Assembly (NCBI GenBank): GCA_913020725.1
Contig: CAJWCD010000070.1
Location: 1 to 19,173, forward strand
Length of the DNA stretch: 19,173 bases
Origin: an uncultured Pseudomonadota bacterium
GTDB taxonomy: Bacteria; SAR324; NAC60-12
Reading direction: 5' to 3'
Positions 9,725 through 17,544 of this stretch are shown here, piece after piece (position 1 is the stretch's first letter; every line of letters starts with the position of its first letter). The notes below the pieces were generated by a model. That model had not been told where the DNA came from. It did not search any database and saw only the letters and a list, made by a program, of their open reading frames with translations. A program made the position numbers and the translations under genes.

Positions 9725-11236
9725 TCAATAAATCGAGAAATACTCGCGCTGTTCCCAGTCGGTGACGGAGGCAAGAAAACGTGCAACTTCGGCTTCCTTG
9801 ATCGTCAGTAAATAGTCGATAAACGGAGCACCCATCGTGCTGCGGTACAACTCACTACCCCGCAACGCTATGATCGCGTCCATCAGACTTTGGGGCAATC
9901 GCGGAGCAGCTTCTTCGTAAGGAGTATCGGTGGGTTCTCCCGGATCAAGCTGTCGTTGCATCCCGTCAAGGCCCGCATGGATTTGAGAGGCAAGGTAGAG
10001 GTACGGATTCGCCGCAGGCTCGCCCACACGGTTTTCAATGCGTGTGGCCGGATCACCAAACGAACCAAGCGCCCGGATCATCGCGCCCTTGTTGTCACGC
10101 CCCCATGTCAGGCGATCCGGAGCAAGTGTGTAGGGTCGGAAGCGTTTGTAGCCGTTGATCGTTGGTGTGGTGAACACTGAAGCCGCTGGAGCATGGGCCA
10201 GCAAGCCGCCGACAAACTGCCGCCCCGCTTCCGACAAGACCTTCCCCTCGCTCGTTGGCGTGAAGGCATTGCTTGCGGGTTGAGCCGCCGCCTTTGGACG
10301 AGTCCACAGCGACTGGTGCAGGTGCCAGCCGTTGGAAAAAACGTTGGGCAATGCCGGTCGGCACATGAAAGTGGCGTGATACCCCTGACGTCGGCAAACT
10401 TGCTTAACGGCACTACGGAGCAGCACCATCGTGTCTGCAGCTTCCAGTCCGGAACTCGGATGCAGGGTCAGTTCGAACTGACTAGGACCGAACTCCACCT
10501 CGATGGTGCGCAACGGCAACCCGAGTTCCACTAGGTTGCTGCGGATCACGGAAAGGATGCCTTCGGCCTCGTCGTAGCGTTGTTCGGTGAGGTACTGGAA
10601 GCCTTGGTTGAGCAAACCAACTTCTGGAGGGGTGCCCGGCTGTCCAGCGTCTGCGAGTCCTGTTTTCGCGTCCTCAAGCGTCAGCAAAGTGAATTCGACT
10701 TCCAGCCCAGCGAGGTAATCGTAGCCCGCTGCCCTCAGCGCTTCTAAGGCTTGCCGCAGAATCCCCCGCGTGGAGAAGGGAACCGGACGTCCGTTGGTGA
10801 AGTAAATGTCGCAGAGCAGCCAACCTGATTTTGGAGACCACGGAAGCAAGCGAAACGTTGCTGGGTCCGGAACCATGATGATGTCTCCTGCTCCCGCCAT
10901 TTCAGCCATGCCGAAACCTCCTCCGGACGAGAAGACAGGAAACACTGAGCGATGCGATGTGTCCTTGGCTAGCAGGCTGGAGGTCATTGTGCACCCATTC
11001 CGGAAGCTCGATGCCAAATCCCGTGCTTCGATCACCTTGCCTCGCAACAACCCATGTTGATCAGCAAAGGACAAGCGGATGGTTTCCAGTCCGGATTCCT
11101 CGACCTTCCGCAAAACTGCTTCAGCAGCAGCAGATTCGGCCTCCCCCCAAATCTGCTGTTGTTTGACAAAATTGGAACGTCCTCCGTCTGCGATTGACGT
11201 GGGGGTAAACTGCATTTGCGGTTGGTTTGTGAGCAA
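9725..11236 (-). CDS. Glutamine synthetase-like gamma-glutamyl amide ligase (TdnQ/AtdA1-like)
   Basis: DQHGLLRGK, GLEVEF, EVEFGPSQFE, GWHLHQS, ENRVGEPAANPY, WEQREYF; the flap reads PYTLAP rather than GYEAP. Start is TTG 11236 or ATG 11215. Confidence 0.85.
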   Translation of the reverse strand: MLTNQPQMQFTPTSIADGGRSNFVKQQQIWGEAESAAAEAVLRKVEESGLETIRLSFADQHGLLRGKVIEARDLASSFRNGCTMTSSLLAKDTSHRSVFPVFSSGGGFGMAEMAGAGDIIMVPDPATFRLLPWSPKSGWLLCDIYFTNGRPVPFSTRGILRQALEALRAAGYDYLAGLEVEFTLLTLEDAKTGLADAGQPGTPPEVGLLNQGFQYLTEQRYDEAEGILSVIRSNLVELGLPLRTIEVEFGPSQFELTLHPSSGLEAADTMVLLRSAVKQVCRRQGYHATFMCRPALPNVFSNGWHLHQSLWTRPKAAAQPASNAFTPTSEGKVLSEAGRQFVGGLLAHAPAASVFTTPTINGYKRFRPYTLAPDRLTWGRDNKGAMIRALGSFGDPATRIENRVGEPAANPYLYLASQIHAGLDGMQRQLDPGEPTDTPYEEAAPRLPQSLMDAIIALRGSELYRSTMGAPFIDYLLTIKEAEVARFLASVTDWEQREYFSIY

Positions 11237-11420
11237 TGGAATGCTTCAGCTTCGGCGTAGTCTTCAAAACACTAGCCACAGATCACGCGGATCAAAACGG
11301 ATGTGTGCTTTCAAAACATCCGTGAAATTCGTAGCGAAAAAACAGCTGCTGAAGCCGCCACATCAACGCTCAACAGCCTAGCTTGTGTGGAGGTGAGACT
11401 CCCGGGAAAAGTCAGGGAGT

Positions 11421-11906
11421 TCAGGTCGGAATCGGTGCTTCCTGAGTAACGACAGGTGGCGGGTCGCTGGAGGCTTCAATGACGCTGGAGGCTTCGCAGC
11501 CTGCGCTCCATGCAGAAAACCCGTCTTCAAAGTGTTCCTTCTTCCAAATGGGAACCGAACGTTTGATTGTGTCAATGATGTAACGACTGGACTCGTAGGC
11601 ATCCGCACGGTGAGACGAGGAAACGGCGGTGGCAATGGAGCAATCCAGCACCGCCATCTTGCCGAAACGGTGGATGACCTCTACGTAGTGCAAGAGCCAG
11701 CGTTGCTGGGCTTCCTCAACAATGCGATCGATCTGCCGGAGCGCCATGCGCTCATGAGCTTCGTATTCCAAGATAGTCACGGAACGCCCAGCACTGTGGT
11801 TGCGGATGTCCCCGCAGAAAATCAACACGGCTCCAGCCTGCGGATGTTGGGCGCGACGACGCAGATTTTCCAGATCGATGGCTGCTCGGGTGACCGAATT
11901 GGGCAT
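11421..11906 (-). CDS. moaE: Molybdopterin synthase catalytic subunit
   Basis: GAVLIFCGDIRN, LEYEAH, HRFG, SSHRADAY, IKRSVPIWKKE motifs; start set to ATG 11906 to avoid overlap with the upstream gene. Confidence 0.92.
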   Translation of the reverse strand: MPNSVTRAAIDLENLRRRAQHPQAGAVLIFCGDIRNHSAGRSVTILEYEAHERMALRQIDRIVEEAQQRWLLHYVEVIHRFGKMAVLDCSIATAVSSSHRADAYESSRYIIDTIKRSVPIWKKEHFEDGFSAWSAGCEASSVIEASSDPPPVVTQEAPIPT

Positions 11907-11919
11907 CGGCAGTGGCGGG

Positions 11920-12156
11920 CTAGTCCTTGCGAAAGGGTTCTTCGACCGCTTCGTAGGTGTTCCAATGCTCCTTGCCGCCAATCAGCGTGCGAGTTTTCAC
12001 CTCCTGTGGAGGTAGCACCTCAATCTTTTTGCCGTTTTGCAAAAAATGATTAACCGCTTCCTGAAGGATACGTTGCTCCTCTTCCTTCCTGCGTTGCTCG
12101 ACCTCCAAACCCTCACCAAAGTTGGCGGTGGCTTCGTCAGGCTTAACTCTGGCCAT
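11920..12156 (-). CDS. Small protein (78 aa) with a SutA RNAP-binding-domain-like motif
   Basis: GGAG RBS; charged helix followed by LQEAVNHFLQNGKKIEVLPP, resembling the SutA core (EFLxxGGKxQEI). Coding status well supported, function tentative. Confidence 0.6.
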   Translation of the reverse strand: MARVKPDEATANFGEGLEVEQRRKEEEQRILQEAVNHFLQNGKKIEVLPPQEVKTRTLIGGKEHWNTYEAVEEPFRKD

Positions 12157-12288
12157 TTCTCACTCCACTTCATTGGGTCGCTTCATTGGGACTGCACGAT
12201 CCTACTGCCTGCACCCGCGCACCCGGATTTCCTAGTCGAAACCAAGCACTCCGGAGCTAGCATCGTCAGCACTGCAATCAGTTTGATA

Positions 12289-12317
12289 ATCATAGCTGAT
12301 TCCAGCGGCGCATGCAA
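12289..12317 (-). promoter_or_regulatory. Near-consensus sigma70 promoter for the SutA-like gene and moaE
   Basis: Minus strand TTGCAT-17 nt-TATGAT, preceded by an AT-rich tract. Confidence 0.65.
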
Positions 12318-12445
12318 GTCCATCCTTTGACATGTTCTCTGTGAAATCCATTCAAACGATTGATTTTTATTAGATTTTCAAAAGACCGTTAATATATCAA
12401 TCTGAAACAGTATTTTGCAAAACGATACCCGTTAAGCGTGAGAAC

Positions 12446-14011
12446 TCAGGCCATGTAGGTCGCTCGCGGGCTGCGGTCCATCGAGTCCATCATTTCGTGC
12501 GCCAGTCGTGTGATGAGTTTGGCTTTGACGTTGGCAAAGTCGGGATCGTCCCAACGATTATAGGTTTCGTCAGGATCGTTAAGGAGATCATACAACTCAC
12601 CCCACGGTTGTCCTTTGTAGAGCGTCAGGCGAAAGTCATCGGTCATCAAACTGCGGACTATAGCCGGTTCCTCAAAGCCAAGGCGAGCCAAGCCATCGTG
12701 GTATTCGATCAGGCAGGCATCACGCAGTTCGTCGCTGCCTTGCAGACAGCCGGACAAGTCCATGCCCTGAATCCCCCAGAAGGGCTTGAGTCCAGCACGG
12801 GCGATGATGCTGGGGGCAATGTCCAGCGTGGATGCAAGGGCGTTGCTTTGCCGCGCCTGCTGAGTTTCCGGATCGGACCAGATGAAAGGCACATTGGTAA
12901 TCGATTTAAACGGCAGTGCCCCCTTGAGCATCAAATTGAAATCCCCCAGATAATCTCCATGATCGGAGGTGAACACGATGACAGTGTTGTCATATTGTCC
13001 GTTGTTCTTGAGCGTCTGGATGAGTTCACCCACGGCATCATCAATCATGGATATCATGCCACAAGTCAGGGCCATCGCCTCCTGAACCTGCCGTTGTTCT
13101 GCAATGAAGACCGTCTGCGGCGTTGCAGGTGTGGCACCTTGCTTGTACAACTCCAACGCCTTCTGCATCGGTGGAATGGGATTCTGGTGGGCCTCAAACG
13201 GCAGCGGCACTTCAAAGCTGTCCGGATCGTACAGTTCCCAGTATTTCCCCGGTGGGTTGAAGGGATGGTGCGGGTCCGGGAAGGAGACAAAAGCGAAAAA
13301 CGGAGCCTCGGAGCTTTGCTGCGCATTCAGATAGTCAATGGCGCGATCGCGGATGTAAGAGGTGTGGTATAACTCTTCCGGAATCGGGGTGCGATATGCT
13401 TGCGGACAGGTGTAATCGTGCGGGAGTTCGTTGTTGCGGTCGCGGATGAAATCAATGTCCACTCCGGTTTTCCGTAACCATTGCAGGTAGTGCCCTCCGG
13501 CCAAATGCCCGTGGTTCAGCACCATGTCCACATGCTCAAAGCCGTAAAACGGCTCAGTGAATTCAAACCGCTTGTCGCCCTCATAGGTCTCCGGACGCTC
13601 CAAATCGTAAGGGTTGCCGTCCGGCCAACGGGCTTCCTTGATGGGACCAATGGTGTCAGGATTCACCCGTTCATAGGCGGGAACGGGGGTGAAGGGTTGC
13701 AGGTGCGACTTGCCGATGGCTGCAGTACGATAGCCCCCCTCACGCAAGACATCCACGAACGTCACCGTGTTGCCCGGCAACGGGTTGCCGTTGTGGCGCA
13801 ACCCATGCGTGGACGGCAGACGTCCGGTCAAGAGGCTGGCGCGGTTGGGCATGCAGATCGGACTCGCCACCTGAAAGCGCTGGAAGTTGGTTCCTCTTGC
13901 TGCGAGCGTATCCAGATGCGGAGTTTTCAGTACCTTGTGGCCATTGACGCCCAAGTAATCTTTGCGCTGCTGGTCCGTGATCAGAAAAAGAAAATTTGGT
14001 TGACGAGCCAT
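12446..14011 (-). CDS. Cys-type (formylglycine-dependent) sulfatase, probably cytoplasmic
   Basis: PNFLFLITDQ, CMPNRASLLTG (CxPxR), GYRTAAIGKSH, DPHHP, SDHGD, ELYDLxxDPxE; no signal peptide; AAGGAG RBS. Confidence 0.93.
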   Translation of the reverse strand: MARQPNFLFLITDQQRKDYLGVNGHKVLKTPHLDTLAARGTNFQRFQVASPICMPNRASLLTGRLPSTHGLRHNGNPLPGNTVTFVDVLREGGYRTAAIGKSHLQPFTPVPAYERVNPDTIGPIKEARWPDGNPYDLERPETYEGDKRFEFTEPFYGFEHVDMVLNHGHLAGGHYLQWLRKTGVDIDFIRDRNNELPHDYTCPQAYRTPIPEELYHTSYIRDRAIDYLNAQQSSEAPFFAFVSFPDPHHPFNPPGKYWELYDPDSFEVPLPFEAHQNPIPPMQKALELYKQGATPATPQTVFIAEQRQVQEAMALTCGMISMIDDAVGELIQTLKNNGQYDNTVIVFTSDHGDYLGDFNLMLKGALPFKSITNVPFIWSDPETQQARQSNALASTLDIAPSIIARAGLKPFWGIQGMDLSGCLQGSDELRDACLIEYHDGLARLGFEEPAIVRSLMTDDFRLTLYKGQPWGELYDLLNDPDETYNRWDDPDFANVKAKLITRLAHEMMDSMDRSPRATYMA

Positions 14012-14266
14012 GTGTCGCTCCTTTAGGTTAAACGGATTCTTATCGTAAGTTTAACATTGGGATTTGGTTCCAAAGCATAGCCGATTTGGGCCTTAAAAGC
14101 CAAGATATTTTGGGTCCAGATTCACGCCAAAATCCCCGCAAGGAGCGAGTGAGGCAGCGAGACACAAGCTGCTGGTGTATTCTATGATTGCCTGTTGCTG
14201 CTGTTTATGGCAAGTTCTTGGGGCTGGGGCATATGCTGAGCCTCAAACTTTATTTTGACAAAACGG

Positions 14267-15058
14267 ATGGACTCGAGCGAAACGGAAGAAGCAGCCCGTA
14301 TGATTTGGGGTGCGTGGAGTGCCGGGGAGGTGATCCCGGAACTCCCGGAGGGCTGTCGTCCGCTGAATGAGCTGGAAGGACATCAGGTGCAGGCCGCACT
14401 GACCCGGATCGCCCGACAGGACACCGAAGGCTGGAAAATCGCGGCCACCAGCAAGGCGGGTCAGCAGCACATCAACGTGAGCGGGCCGCTGGCGGGGCGG
14501 ATGTTGGCCAAGTTTGTTTGTCCGGACGGCGCTGAAGTGGACCTCTCGTCCAACCAGATGAGGGTGGCCGAGGCGGAGTTTGTGTTCCGTTTTTGGAAAA
14601 ACCTTCCGGTGCAGAAGGACCCGTACTCGCTCGCCGAGGTGCTGGAGGCGGTCGATCAACTCCAACCGGGCATCGAGATTCCCGATTCACGTTACATTGA
14701 TTTCACGCGGGTGGGCGCGGCCCAGCTTTTGGCCGATAACGCCTGCGCCAGTTGGATGATCCTAGGTCCGGAAGTAAAAGTAGCGTGGAAAGACCGCGAC
14801 TTGGCCGAGCATGAGGTCCGGGTCTTGAAAAACGGCGCTGAGGTGGCCGTGGGTAGCGGACGCAACGTGCTGGAAAGCCCCCTGAAGGCGCTGACGTGGT
14901 TGGTGAACGACCTGCGTCGTCGCGGTCAGATGCTCTACCGACACCAGTTCGTCACCACCGGCACCTGCGTGACCCCCGTGCCCATTGCCCCTGGTGATGC
15001 CTTGGTCGCAGACTTTGGCGAGTTTGGACAGGCGCAGATGACGTTCTCTAGCAATTAA
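14267..15058 (+). CDS. 2-keto-4-pentenoate hydratase / 4-oxalocrotonate decarboxylase family protein (FAH superfamily)
   Basis: GWKIAATS, EAEFVF, IEIPDSR, ADNA, VTTGT motifs; ATG 14267 preferred over TTG 14255. Confidence 0.88.
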   Translation: MDSSETEEAARMIWGAWSAGEVIPELPEGCRPLNELEGHQVQAALTRIARQDTEGWKIAATSKAGQQHINVSGPLAGRMLAKFVCPDGAEVDLSSNQMRVAEAEFVFRFWKNLPVQKDPYSLAEVLEAVDQLQPGIEIPDSRYIDFTRVGAAQLLADNACASWMILGPEVKVAWKDRDLAEHEVRVLKNGAEVAVGSGRNVLESPLKALTWLVNDLRRRGQMLYRHQFVTTGTCVTPVPIAPGDALVADFGEFGQAQMTFSSN

Positions 15059-15061
15059 AGA

Positions 15062-16093
15062 ATGGCGATGGAAAAGGAAACAAACACGGAGCAAGCAAAC
15101 GAAACCACCACCCAAACGCCCGGTCCGGTGCTCATTCCGGTGGCCAGCGGCAAGGGTGGAGTGGGCAAGACCTTCATGGTTGCAAACCTCGCAATCGCCC
15201 TCGCGCAGTTGGGCAAGCGCGTGATTGCCGCCGACCTCGATTTCGGCGGATCAAACCTCTACACCCACCTCGGCTTCGATAACCGCCATCCCGGCATTGC
15301 CCACTTCATCAGTTCCGGGGATACTCGGCTGGATGAGTTGCTGGTGAAAACACGCTTTGACGGGCTCCATTTTTTGCCCGGAGAGGTCCGGATGCCCTTC
15401 CTCGCTAATATGGGGTACTCCCACAAGCAAAAGCTGCTGCTCAACCTCAGCAAGCTTGACACCGACTATGTCCTGCTCGATCTTGGAGCTGGGACGTCTT
15501 TCACCGTGCTGGATTTCTTCAGCATCTCCACGAAGGGCATGTTGGTGACAACGCTAGATTATCCCTCGTTGATGAACATGCTCCAGTTCCTCAAGAACTT
15601 CTCCTTGCGAGTGGTGGAACGCGCCTTGCCACCAAAATCGTACCTGCGTGCTATGGTGACCGAGTACATCAACGATGCCAACACCTCGGACAAATTCACC
15701 ATTCGTGAGCTCTTCCAGCGGTTGGATGCGGAATATCCGGACGAGGCTCAGCGAGTGCAGGAACTCTGGGGAACTTTCCGTCCGCACATTGTCTTCAACC
15801 AAGGAAAACATCCGGACGAAATGATCGTGGTGGAAAACCTGCAAGAATCGCTGGCGGCCAACCTCTCCCTCAAGGTCGATTTCTTCGGCTATGTCTTTCA
15901 CGATGATGCCGTGGAAACCGCCTTGCGGGACAAACATCCTTTCTTGGACATGAGTGCCGATTCTCCTGCCGCCGAAGACCTCTATCGGCTCGCCGACCGC
16001 GTCATGCGACTCTGGGACACGCCCATCCGCAACAGCGGCCAACTGCTGCGTAGCAACACCCTCAAGATCCACACCGACCGCCAAACGGGTTAG
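15062..16093 (+). CDS. MinD/FlhG(FleN)-like P-loop ATPase
   Basis: Deviant Walker A SGKGGVGKT, DLDFGGSNL, LLDLGAGTS. Confidence 0.87.
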   Translation: MAMEKETNTEQANETTTQTPGPVLIPVASGKGGVGKTFMVANLAIALAQLGKRVIAADLDFGGSNLYTHLGFDNRHPGIAHFISSGDTRLDELLVKTRFDGLHFLPGEVRMPFLANMGYSHKQKLLLNLSKLDTDYVLLDLGAGTSFTVLDFFSISTKGMLVTTLDYPSLMNMLQFLKNFSLRVVERALPPKSYLRAMVTEYINDANTSDKFTIRELFQRLDAEYPDEAQRVQELWGTFRPHIVFNQGKHPDEMIVVENLQESLAANLSLKVDFFGYVFHDDAVETALRDKHPFLDMSADSPAAEDLYRLADRVMRLWDTPIRNSGQLLRSNTLKIHTDRQTG

Positions 16094-16126
16094 AGCATCC
16101 TCAGCAAATTAACACATTCCGGATTC

Positions 16127-16192
16127 ATGAATTCTGTGCATGAATCGAATGAAGAAATATCATTTCTTCAACGGGAAAAATGCGGATATGCT
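16127..16192 (+). promoter_or_regulatory. Two LysR-type T-N11-A boxes and a -10 element upstream of the MFS gene
   Basis: ATGAATTCTGTGCAT (16127-16141) and ATGAAGAAATATCAT (16149-16163) are 22 bp apart; TATGCT at 16187-16192 with a poor -35. Confidence 0.5.
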
Positions 16193-16222
16193 TTATTATT
16201 TCGCATGAACGGAGGGAGGGTC

Positions 16223-17519
16223 ATGAACCGCATGATTGATTCGCTGGGAATGTTGCTGTTGAGCTGCGCCTTGCTTGCGGTTGGCAATCACTTGCTTAAT
16301 GTCCTAATCCCACTACGTCTTAATGAGGCGGAGGTGGAGACCCTGTTGATCGGGGTGGTGATGTCCGCTAACGCGGTGGGGATCGCGCTGGGGTGTTTTT
16401 ACGGAAAGTTGTTGGTCATCCGGGTCGGCTATGTGCGCACTTTTGTGCTGTCCTGCACTCTTTTTACCGCCATTGTTCTGACCTATGCTCTCTTCACCAA
16501 TGCTTACGCATGGCTGGTTCTACGAGTATTAGGCGGTTTTTTCACTGCAACAGCCTATGTGGTGGTGGAAAGTTGGCTGAACTCCAGTTCCAGCGTGGAG
16601 AACCGGGGGCAGGTTTTGGGGTGGTATCTTGTGGTGCATTACGCCGCCACCGCCACCGGACAGTTGCTGGTCAATGCGGATGGCCCGAACCCTTACTTCA
16701 TCTTCATCATTGCCGCGCTGGCGATTGCGCTTGCCAGCGCCCCAGTGGCTTACAGCACCGCACCGGTTCCGGAATCGCAGGAAACCGAATTCCTCTCCTT
16801 CTCTGAACTCTTCCGCATTGCGCCTGTGGGTGTGGCCGGGGTGATCGCCGCAGGTTTCAGTTTCGGCTCGGTTCAGGCCATGACCCCAATCTACGGGGAA
16901 GCACTGGGTTGGTCGGTCGCCCAGATTTCCTTCTTCATGGCCACCGTGACAGGCGGGGCGCTCCTGTTCCAGTATCCGCTGGGGCGTTTGTCCGATTCCT
17001 GGGACCGCCGCAAAATACTCGGAGTTGTACAGGTGTTAGGGATTACCACACTGGTTTGGATGATCTGGGAGCCTGAAATGTCTGGAGTTTCATGAAAGGT
17101 TTTGGTGCTGGCGGTGTTGCTGGGAGGTGTGATTGGCAGTTCCTACCCACTCAGCAGTGCCGTGGTGTTCGACTGGCTGCGACCCTCCCAGATGGTTGCG
17201 GCCACAGGCAAGCTGATCTTCACCTACGCCATCGGGGCCATCACCGGACCTGCCCTCATCGCCTTGGTGATGGAAGGCATCGGCACCACCGGATTTCCAC
17301 TCTTCCTGATTGTGGTCCACTCAAGCTTGCTGCTCTACATCCTCTACCGGGTGCAAGTCCGGAAAGCCTTGCCCGTGGAAGTGCAAGAGGATTTTGTGCT
17401 GGTGCCAAGAATGCCGCCCGGCTCCCCTCGATCCCCGCACCGACCCGGATTACGATGCCAACGACCCCGGCCCCCTGCTCGACATCGACTCCGATTATCT
17501 AACGGTGCCGTCCTCCTAA
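16223..17519 (+). pseudogene. YcaD-like MFS transporter, disrupted
   Basis: ATG 16223 after GGAGGGAGG; VGYVRTF, VVESWLN, RGQVLGWY, QYPLGRLSDSWDRRK. In-frame TGA at 17093-17095 is followed by continuing TM helices in the same frame, and the expected LDPR tail is in another frame after about 17420. Confidence 0.75.
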
Positions 17520-17540
17520 TAACTGAAAACTGATAACTGA
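17520..17540 (+). repeat. Three tandem heptamers (T/A)AACTGA
   Basis: TAACTGA AAACTGA TAACTGA between the MFS stop and the carboxylase ATG. Confidence 0.7.
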
Positions 17541-17544
17541 ACCA

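Noticed and set aside
12232..12255. tmRNA-like 5' motif GGAGTGCTTGGTTTCGAC on the minus strand
   Set aside because: No acceptor stem, T-arm or room for a tmRNA.
12191..12278. Hammerhead-like core on the minus strand (CTGACGA...GAAATCC...GGATC)
   Set aside because: Stems I and II do not pair adjacent to the core as required; probably chance.
12358..12402. AT-rich inverted repeat GATTGAT...ATCAATC as an FNR box or dif site
   Set aside because: Half-site spacing is far too long for FNR and it does not match the XerC/D dif consensus.
12497..13372. 291-aa plus-strand ORF
   Set aside because: Antisense shadow of the sulfatase with no recognisable motifs.
17093..17140. Selenocysteine or genetic code 4/25 readthrough at the MFS TGA
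   Set aside because: No convincing SECIS hairpin, no redox context, TGA is a normal stop in several other genes here, and a second lesion points to decay.
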